Assembly (NCBI GenBank): GCA_051294375.1
Contig: CM119267.1
Coordinates: 7,544,683-7,608,682 of the forward strand
Direction of reading: 5' to 3'
DNA from: Paraspadella gotoi
Lineage: Eukaryota > Animalia > Chaetognatha
DNA length: 64,000 nucleotides
The stretch's first letter is position 1, and each line of letters begins with the position of its first letter. The translations under genes were made by a program, and so were the position numbers. Of the stretch, positions 54,265 through 64,000 are shown piece by piece. Under the pieces are notes generated by a model. That model was not told where the DNA came from. It saw nothing but the letters and a program-made list of their open reading frames with translations, and made no database searches.

Positions 54265-57200
54265 TCAGTTCAAGAATCCGCGGCAATTGATGGCGCCGCA
54301 GAGGCACTTGATCTTCTCCTCCTCAATGGGGAACTTGTAGTCGTACGTGATTTCCTCGTTAACGTCGATGGCGACCTTGGAGTAGATGACGATCTTCTTG
54401 GCGCCCTCCACGGAGATGACTTTAGCGTAACACGTCGGATCGCAACAATGGTTGATGAAACGGGCCAAGTTTCCAAACTTGGTCGCGTCGATCACTGAAA
54501 GAGTGACAGTAAAAAAACTTAAACACAATTTTTGTCTTCGAACCTTGGGATACTTTTGAAAGTTTTTGTCCTAAATTAAACCGATAAACGTCTTAAGCTT
54601 GCAATTTTCGAAAAAAAAAAAAGGTTCAATCATCTCACTGACCCGTGTCCCTTTCGACGCGGAAGAAGTAGCTGCTCCCAATGCCCTGGCGCCCGTATTT
54701 CTTTTCGCGCATATCGGCGACGGGCAAGCGTATGACTTCACCCGTGTATTCTATGATCATCTCCTCGGGCGCGATCGGCTCCAGAGCAAAAAGGCCCCAG
54801 TCGTGGATTTGACTCCTAGAAACGGTTAAAACTCAAAATGGTAAGTTGTCCCTAATTATTATTTACTAATTATCATAAAACTCATCTTACCGAGCGAACC
54901 GCAGGTGTTTTTTCCTCAGTTTGAGTTGACTGAATTTAAACAGTTCGTTGAAATCATCGCCCAAGACGGAGGCGTATCGCCGCTGATTGGACCGCGCCTC
55001 TCTAGAAATGAGAGCCACAGACCTAGCCTTCTCTTTAAGCAATTTTGCCTCCTCTTCGGCGCCCATCTCATCGGCGCCCATGCCGATCATTGTCGGCACG
55101 GCCGAATGAGTCACGTATGTGGTCTTATCCTGTTTACGCTGCTTGTAGTATCCCTCTGATCTCGCGCTGCCGGTTGAATGCTTAAGGATCAGCCTTTCTT
55201 TACGTCGTTCCTTTCTCGTAGGATCAGGGACAAGCGTAGGACAATGGGGTACCCAGGTGACCTCGTTGAGCCACGGGGCGCGGTTGAGCGCTTCGTCTTG
55301 CGAGAGGAACATCTCATAGACTCGATGAAGGAATTCAGTGTCCTCCGCGTCGATGCCGCGGACGAGAAAGTCGTAAAATATTTTGAGCTCTTCCTCCAAT
55401 GACCGTGGCTTGTAGATAGGCTTTGGAAGCGGCCGCGCAGCGACTTTGTTAGAAAGAAGCCGGGCAACAGCCGCCGCTTCCGATCGCGAGGATGAAAGGG
55501 CGATGGCGGACGGTTCTACATAACTTCGCGACGGCTCTCGTGAAGAAGGTGCCGGCGACGGAGAAGTCCACTCGGAAAACTTGGGCGGCGTTTTCGAAAC
55601 AGTCTGTGCGTCCCATTCGGTGAACACTTCCAGTTTGACTGTCTTTCGAGGTGGAGTGCCCGCTGAAAAAGCGAAAATTCTTTGATCAAGAAATGCCTAA
55701 AAGCAAGAAAGATCAATAAAACTCGTTATTACCCGTCGGGAAAGGAGAGTTTTCTTTGTTGCCCGTTCGTGTTTCTTCCTTCCGCTTTCTCCCGCGCGAC
55801 TTTTGATGCGCAGCCTGCATCTCGGAAGGCGGATCCGGATCTGCAGGCGGGAGGCAGTAGGCGTGATCCCAGACAACGTTGGGCTCTTGCTTTTTTCCAG
55901 CGTCTGAAGAAGAACAGAATAACATTAGTCTCGGTATTTTTAAAAGAAAATCGGTAAATTAGTTTTTTTATGCGATCACTTATTTTATCGTAAAAATTGA
56001 AAGAAAGAAAACGTAACTAACCCGTTGATTTTTTCACGCAGCTATCAACCTCCGACGCGCTCTCATTTAAATCGGACGAGGAATCTTTCACACCAGAGTA
56101 ATCGTGATCCGTCATTACCGGTCGCCTGTCTTTCTTGACATCCTTCTTGTTCGTTTCTCGCGAAGAAGCTGCGGAGGTACCCTTGATCTCTTTTGGCAAT
56201 CCGCTTTCCTTCTCGGAAGCGTCCAAGTGCTGGAAATGCTGAGATACCCATTTGCCTTGGTTTTCGACAAATGACTCCAGTTTCTGCCCTGGTTGATCCA
56301 AATTGGATCGCTGATCGAAAGAAAACTTAGAAGGCAGGTCTGAAGCTGTTGAGGCAGTTAAGGCGGCGTTGGGATGAAAACCGGGAGTAGTTGGAGTGGG
56401 GGGTACAGCATTTTCGCAGCTATCCACAGCAGCGGAGACCAGCGACGGAACGGGGCTGTTCACCGGACTGGCGTCGGCCGACGGTTTTAAAGAAGAATCT
56501 GCCGCATCCGAGTCGAATACGGCTTCATCGCGATCGGCATCATTGGCATTTGGCTCATTCGTCGGGTCAGCCCGATCCTCCGCTTTGTTCGTCTCCAATG
56601 CCTCCAATTTGGATTTGACTCTCTCCGGCTCTTCTTTTTCTTTTTCATTCAACACGTCTTCTTCCGCCTCTTCTTCCGACTCTTCCACTCGTCGCTTACT
56701 TGGAGTTGACTCCTCAAACTCTTCGTCGCTCGAGGAAACGCTTGTAGCTTCATCCTCTGAAGATGACGAAGATGATGATGTAGAGGAAGCCCTCCTCCTC
56801 AATGGCTTTTTTTCGACGAGGGGTTTCGACGTCACCACTTCCTCTACCGGTTCATCCTCCTCTTCCTCGCTACTACTCGCGCTGCTTTCGCTTGAATAAA
56901 CTCGACGTCGCTCTCTCGTTCTCCTCTCTTTCTTCGTTTCTTTTTCCCTCTCCGCCCTTCTCTTTTTCCTCTCCTCCCTGTCAGACTCCTCATCCGACTC
57001 TTTTCTCGCCTCGTCGTCGTCGACTCGCTGAGGCGACGCCGGTCGTTTACGAATTCGGAAACTTGGGAGTTTGTTGAATCCGGCACCTCGCAGACCCAGG
57101 AATCCGCCCGCGGCCTGTTGTCCTCGAAAAGGATCGACCGAGGACCAGGCGGTGCGCGTTGAAATATCCTGAGAGGACTCGAGGCGATCAAGGGACTGAG

Positions 57201-60200
57201 AAAGCGAGGTAGTCCTCTCCGCTGGGGCCGTCGTCGTCGACTCCGAAGGCGTCGTCGACGTCGTCGTTGTTGTTGTTGTTCCCATAGAAGCGCTCGTGGA
57301 GTTTGTCGTCGACGATCGTTTATGCGATTTTTCATTGTCGTCGTACCACACGTCGAGCAGTTTGTAAGCAGCGTTCTCGATCATTCGGCGGTTAAGGTCT
57401 TTGTTCATGACGGCCTTAAGATCGACGGCAAGCAGAGTCACCGCTTTGTCGATCGTCTTTTCCTGAGGATCGACGGAAGGCACTGACAGAGGTAGGCGCG
57501 GAAGGGTCGGCGGGGGCGGTTGCTGTGTGGGTGGAGGCCACATCGGAGGTTTAGGTGGAAAGTAACCGGGCTGATGGTGATGGTGCCCGGCGATGCGCGC
57601 CTCCATGTTTTGCGCCCATGTGGCGTGGTAAGACATGTAGTCTGTGGCCGAAGGGGGCGTCACGGTTGTTGAGGATATGTGAGGTACCGGAATAGGGGGA
57701 ACCGGGGGGAGGGGAGGGTGAGTGGGCATAGGCGGAGGTTGGGTGCCGGGAGGGACGATTGGGCTCGGATGGTGAGGTTGGGCGGGGGTAGATGAGTCAC
57801 AGGGCGTAGTAGTCACGTGGGGGGAGACGGAGGATGCTAACGAGTCTGCCTCGGCCATCGTTGCGCAGCCCTGTCGTTGTGGCGGCGTCATTGTCTTTTG
57901 CTGCGGTGTTAAACCGCCGCGAGGGGAGGAGGACGACGAAGACGCCAGCGCGACAATCGGAGGAACTGGTCCACGTCGTATCGCCGCGGGCGGTGGTGCC
58001 TCCCGCTTGTGCATTTCCGCATCACCGTCGGAACTCATTCTGTCTTCGACGTCCATGTCACTTCCCGACATTTCGCCATCCTCTCGCTCCGACGCCGACC
58101 GGAAACGATCGCCGTTGGGAGTGGAGACCCGCGTCGAAGTGTCTGCCGCGCGGCGCCTCACTTCCGATTTTGGCATTGGCTCCTCGTACCTCACAGAAGA
58201 TGATACCTCAGCCGAAGCGACAACAATACCTTCGGACGCTCTCGTTTCCGACGGGGTTCGCCCAGATGTATCGTCCCTATGTCGAAAATCGCGGTGGAGT
58301 ACCGACTCCGGCGTCGTCGTCGTCGGTGAAAACGCGGTCGTTGCCGAGTTGTTGCTCAACTTGGGCCGCATCTCGCATTTCCCAGGCGGGGACGAGAAAT
58401 CGTCCAATGTTGTATCGGCGACGTCGCCCCCGCCCTTGACTCCCGCCCCATCGCTGTCGCTCCGATTCAAAAGACTTGCGATCCTGGAGGATGAAAAATC
58501 AATTTTGTACAAAAACAAATTTTCTAAGAAAACACGTATTTTTTTATATACCATCATTTCACGCGCAAAAACTCGGAGTGTAAAGTTTTGATTGAAAAAA
58601 AAAAAGTGTCAATTTAATTAATCCTAATTCCAAGACTCCCAAGAGACACCGACCTCGATTCGAGGCTCTCATGCCTTTCGTCCTTTTCCTCTTCGCTGCT
58701 GACGCTGGGGTGGGAGTCACGGGTGGGACGTCGTCCATCCCACGAATCTTTAGGGGCGAAGCCAAGTCTGTAAGAGGGGGTGAATTAATTACTACTATTC
58801 TAATTATTTCTTCATAGATTTAAAAAAAAAAGTCGGGAATGTTTACCTATCTTCGGGACTTTTGCCCCTCGCGTATTCTTCGTCTCGAGTGATGAGATCT
58901 CGATCACGCTTCTTACGGTACTCCATCTCTTGTTGAATCATTCGTTGCCGATTCTCTTTATGATTGGAAGAATAAACGTCGTTTCTGGTGAGGGAAAGAG
59001 GGGGGAGGGAGAACTTTAATGGGAAATTCTTTCAGAAAAATTTATAGAATAACAATAAGAAATTAAAGCATTGTACAGTGTAAAAAGCATAATATCGAAC
59101 CTGTCGGACTCCGGTCTCCGATCCGATCTTTCAACGTCTCTTCGATGATGATAACGATCCCTGTCTCTTCTTCTCCGCTCCGAATCGTAATCTCTGTCTC
59201 TCTCCCTCTCCCGCTCTCTTTCCCTGTCTCTGTCTCTCTCCCTCTCCGCGTCCCGATAGCCCCTGCGATGATAGTAGTCGTCTCGATCGACCGGGTACGA
59301 CTCTTCGTGGTGATTGTAACGCGAAGAATGGTAGGCCGGGGGTTCAGACGGCGGAGGGCGGTAGGGCTGAGCCATCGGGGGCGGGCCGGGCGGCGCACTG
59401 GATGGCGGTGGGAACGAGTTTGGAGGAGGGGGAAGTGGATAAGCGTGGGAAGGGGGTGGCAGGTGCGTGGGAGGTAAGGGATAGCCGGGTGGTGGGATGG
59501 CAGGGTGAGGTATGGGCCCAGAGGCAGGGGGCGGAGGATGAGAAGGAGGATGGGGAGGCGGTGGGTGTGGCTGAGAAGCGGGATAGACGGGAGGATAGGG
59601 AGAGTATTCGCCACCGTAAGGCGGAGGTGGAGCCGCCGTAAACGGAGATGGCATCGGTTGAGGAGGAGGAGCTGGGGGCGTGGCGACCGTATTCGCAGGA
59701 TAGGCGGACGCGGTGGAATATCCAGAATCTGTAAAAAAATACAAACAAGAATGAAAACACTGTGTATTATGTAAGTAAAAAAGTGGGGACAACATTCGAA
59801 ATTGAACGTAGTATCTAAGAAAAGAATAAAGTTTGAAATCGTAAACGGACAAAATATCACAAACCCGAAATCTGAGACTGAGGAGTGATCTGAACAGAAG
59901 GGATCGGAGGCGATGGGGGACGAGCGGGCGGCGTCTTCTTCGACGTCGATGACGACGATTTGGACGCGAGCTTCCGAGGGCCGACGCCGCCTTCTCGCCA
60001 CATCGGAACCGGCTCGTACTTCTTTTCTTGACGCATCAGTTGATCGTAAAGCGTCTTTCGTTTGGCGCCTGTTGATATTACGAATAATTAATTATTAATA
60101 TTATGACAAAATTAATAACTTTCAAACAATTTGAAGTAGCGAAACTCGTGCGAATCACCGAGGATTTTCGCGGATCCACCAAAGACTCTTTTGAACTCAT

Positions 60201-60225
60201 ATCTATAAACGTTTCCGTTTTCAAT

Positions 60226-60292
<67 letters not shown>

Positions 60293-61344
60293 TGATTATT
60301 GATTGTTCATTTATTCGTTTCTATTTCAGGCCTTTTAGAGCACCGTTATTATTTGCCATTAAGCTGGTGTAAGAATGCGATGATCATTTGACCGGCCCTG
60401 CCGTCGCTTTGTGTGCCTCTCTCTCGTTACAGATCCACTCATTAAGGTTGCCTTCCGTGGTCGACCCGGCCGCTCGCACAGAACTCCTTTCGTGGCTGGC
60501 CCTGTGGGCAATCACCGATGCGCTGTCGCGCCGTGCAGCCTCACAAAAAAAAAAGACAAAAAAATCCTTACCCCCCGTGTCGATGTAGACACGCATAACG
60601 CTTCCCATCTTTTCCTGCTGGTCCAATTTTTCGGCACAATGACGGGCCGACCGTACGCTCGTAAAGATGGCCTGGCAAGCGAGAGAGAAAGTCTGGAGTA
60701 GACGACATCTTAAGTCCCTCTCTCGGTTCAAACGACGCAACCCAACTCACTTTCCCCAAACCGATGCTTTTCCCCGAGAGAGTGCTGTGGTAGATCTTGA
60801 CTTCGTCGAGGCTCCCGAATTTGGAGCACATCTTTCGCAGGAAAACGTCGTCGATGTTGTCGTTGAGATTGGAGAAAGTGAGCTCCCGCGGAGGAACGTG
60901 ACCGATGTAGTTGACATCAATCTACAAATAGGGCGAAAAAAGAAGTATTGGAGAAAAACTAATTCAATTTCAGAGTTTAATAATGAACCTTAAACTTTGG
61001 CAGCGGTAAATCCATAGACGACTTGTGCGCGAAATGCTTCTGAACACGAGACCGAGGGTCTCTCAGGACAGGGGGCGCCTCCATGGGGTCCGAAGGGAGA
61101 CCATCGTAGCGGTATATCTTAGAAAATCCTTTCCTAAATTTGGTTGAGACGTAAAATAAAGTTGAAAAAGTTTAACCCTAGACGAAAAAGGAAATAGTAG
61201 AACGTAGGATACGTCCTAGCGCTCTTACCCGCGCAATAGGGGATCCGTCATCAGTTTGTATGCCGCGAATTTTCTGGCGCGAGACAAATTTTGGCCGAGG
61301 GCGTGATGATCCGCCGTCAGTCCGTTGTGACCTTGATGCTCCAT
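54265..61344 (-). CDS. SETD1: histone H3K4 methyltransferase SETD1
   Basis: YKLMTDP, IYRYDG, DPR N-terminus; RRM ([11 protein letters not shown]); [16 protein letters not shown]; WIN motif GSARSEGY; SET ([25 protein letters not shown]); post-[16 protein letters not shown]. Confidence 0.96.
60132..60545. mobile_element. copy B (longest) of the intronic repeat family; TG..CA termini and an internal (AAT)n microsatellite
   Basis: Shares about 200 bp with 45979-46180; (AAT)n at about 60229-60291; a GC-rich right arm ends CCTCACA. No clear target-site duplication. Confidence 0.65.
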
Positions 61345-61721
61345 GGTAATTATAGCAAACACAACGAAAAAGTTGATTTTTACGCGCGAAAAAAGTGCGT
61401 CCCTTTATTATTATTACTATTGACTAGTTATGTTGAGGATTTTTATCATAGTTTCAAAGCCGAACGCAAAAAAAAGCGATAAAATTTCATCATCGACGCG
61501 ACCCACTGAGATCCAGCGTCGGCTGATCGTCACCGAATTAATGAGTCAATCATCTGAATGCGGAAGGAAAATGAATATTATTTTTATTTTTGCGTTTTTT
61601 TTTTTTAAACAAATTTTTAAACAAATTTTCAAACATTTCCAGGGAAAACAACTACTGTAGAAATTCTTCGTTTTAATTCGTATGCACACTCGAAAAACAG
61701 AGGGTCTCAAAAATGACGATT

Positions 61722-62624
61722 CTAAGCGACGAGCGCCGACGCTGTGGACGATTCGTACTTCCACGTGGGCGGCAGAACGCGTTTGGTCTTGAAGTAACGC
61801 GCCAGGCGGTGGATTCGCGATTCGACCAGGATGAGGCGAAACTTTGCATCCCGGTCCTGACAATAAGACGGGAGTGGCACGGTGGGGCGCGAGGGCGACG
61901 GAGGGTGGTGGGGGGGGGAAGAAGGAAACGCGTGTTAGTATGGCCGTCTCTGGTCGTGAGCCATTCGACAGTGGCGAACTGGGAATCGTTAGCGTACACC
62001 GTCGTAACGCGACGCACCAGAGAGGCCTTAGCTTGCTCATGAAGAGATATGTATATATTATATCTACCTCGACCCCACCCGCGATCTTAATGTATCTTGC
62101 GTGGATAGAGTCGGGTCATTTAATAGAATTTTTTACGCCGGACTGATTATGTTATTAACTATCTCGTGCAAGTCCAAGAAAAAGCCTAACCCGCACCTTT
62201 CTATTCCGCTCGAGATGCTTCCTGATCGAGACGGCCTTTTTGATCATGTGATATAGATCTTCGGGGATTTCCGAGGCGAGACCCTTGGCCTTGAGGATGC
62301 GAAGAACCTTGGTGCCAGTGACGAACTTGACCTGGGCGACGCCGTGAGAGTCGCGAAGAATGACGCCTATCTGCGACGGCGTCAACCCCTTTTTGGCCAA
62401 CTTGAAGATCTGTTCCTTGACATCGTCCGAAGACAGCTTGAGCCAGTTGGGCACGGAGCGCCTAGTTGGAGATTGAAAACGGGAATGTTGTTGCGAGATT
62501 TCAGTTATTAGAAGAATTTTTAACAAGTTCTTTTTCACAAAACGTACACGTATATAAACCAGAATTACCTGTAAGGCAGAGCGCTCTGCGAAATACCTTT
62601 TCCGGGAGCGTGCATACGACCCAT
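61722..62624 (-). CDS. RPS13: 40S ribosomal protein S13 (uS15), 3 exons
   Basis: [18 protein letters not shown]; [18 protein letters not shown]; [34 protein letters not shown]. Confidence 0.98.
61934..62116 (-). ncRNA. candidate structured intronic RNA in RPS13 intron 2
   Basis: Hairpin 62066-62116 whose G-U pairs work only on the sense strand; branched stem 61942-62027; TACTAAC at 61940-61934. Confidence 0.4.
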
Positions 62625-64000
62625 TTTAAAACTTTAAAAAATATATCTAAAAAGGAAAAGGAAATACTAAGATTGGATACGCTTAATATTTAAACAATTT
62701 TAATGAACCCTACGGTTAGAAATTAACATTCCAACTGTCAATGTAATATATGGATAATTTAGTTGAAACGAAAAACGTCCAAGTTTATATTCCATTACAT
62801 TTGACACAACTGAAGAATAGAACGCGGTCACCTGGGAGATTACAAATAAATAACGACAATAAGTAAACAAAGTTATATCACAACTAAAGGGGCAAGGGAT
62901 GGAATGCATAAATTTATGAACAGACGGGTTGTCAACGACAATTTTCTTAGTACAATTCTTAGCCGATAAAAAATAAATACGCCTCCATTGTTATGTTTTT
63001 AAGCGAAGAAATTTTATTTACTACATTCACCGAGTTAAGAAATGAATGGGATATGGAAAATTAATTAAATAATCAGCGGTTATTAAAATAAAACTTTCTT
63101 CGTCTATATAACTAAACTCAAAAACAAACTTTGTCAATAAATACGTTAAGATTTAAATTTGACTAACGAGAAAAAGCGGGACTCGTTAGATGCAATTGAG
63201 AGATGAAGAAATTCAGAGTAATGAAGTTAAAATGGACTGTTTCCGTCAAAACCACCGTCAGAATAGCAAATTGTCACTGTATTGACTCGTAAATACATAA
63301 CGAAACCACCAATCAAATAAAACTTTTAGTGACGTTAATACGCGAATAACATGTAGAAGTGCTATAAGAGTAAACTGGAAAAACGAAGGGAATGGAATAT
63401 TGTGAGTATCAGTATTGCGAAAGAGTGGAGTAAATATGAACTGGAGGGAAGAATGACTCGAATCAACATGTAGAATCCTATGGACTAATAGGAAAGGAAC
63501 TTGTTCTCCGAGTAACATTAAAATGTTAAGAAATTATTTTATCGCGAGAAACACCAGAAAACGATATTCCTTGATTATGTTTCGCTGAAAGAGATCAGTA
63601 ATCGTCTATCAAGTTGGAAGATCAAGTTCAAAAGAATTTTATAATAAACTCGAAAATATAAATGAGCAATTTGTCCATGGTCTCTTTTAATATAACACAT
63701 GATAGCTATTATCAACTAAACTTATATACTATTTCATCAGAGAGCATAAACGTTTTCCTTGTAAAAAAAAATACCATGGCACACATACCTCTAGTTTTTT
63801 GACTAAACTATCGTCATTTATTTTCAGGTTCATTACCGAACCATTTTCGATGACTGTAACAAGTGAAGCTGACATTCTCTAAATGCCAGCAACTAGTAGG
63901 AAAAATGTTAGAAAGAAACCAAATTACGGGAGTAAGCGTGAATTGTTTATGGCACGTGATTGTGAAGAACGAGAAACGTGTCGAAAATGCGACCAAGTTT

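Noticed and set aside
55850-56120. Two [DE]HxY HCF-1-binding motifs (DHDY, DHAY) in SETD1
   Set aside because: Expected for the SETD1 family, so not novel.
60392-60545. Possible HDV-like ribozyme (GCCTTCCGTGGTCGACCCGG)
   Set aside because: The L3 loop is one nucleotide short and I found no upstream P1 partner or convincing P2/J4-2.
61858-62195. U14 snoRNA, which vertebrate RPS13 introns host
   Set aside because: No box C/D pair or U14 antisense elements are visible on the sense strand.
62700-64000. Possible further minus-strand gene upstream of RPS13 (acceptor at ~62832, frame ending 62700; hydrophobic ORF 63258-63518)
   Set aside because: AT-rich, stops in all frames and no recognisable family, so I cannot support a gene model.

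Overview
This is gene-dense eukaryotic DNA with short AT-rich spliceosomal introns and GC-richer exons. The gene set (PIWI-clade Argonaute, SETD1, GNPTAB, nibrin, animal-type ferrochelatase) points to a compact invertebrate animal genome; I cannot name the species. I recognise 23 host protein-coding genes, and all 23 lie on the minus strand. Most stop-to-start gaps are only 70-420 bp, and a pyrimidine tract plus AG often sits just before the ATG, which suggests long polycistronic units resolved by trans-splicing. Introns and spacers carry several mobile elements: a 255-bp solo-LTR-like insert with a circularly permuted twister ribozyme (WDR70 intron); a Penelope-like retroelement with a GIY-YIG remnant and hammerhead ribozyme; a non-autonomous DIRS element with its internal complementary region in an unusual position; a TTAA-flanked Kolobok-like element; a MITE; and a three-copy TGT..ACA repeat family. 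CDS coordinates are whole gene spans including introns, read by eye.
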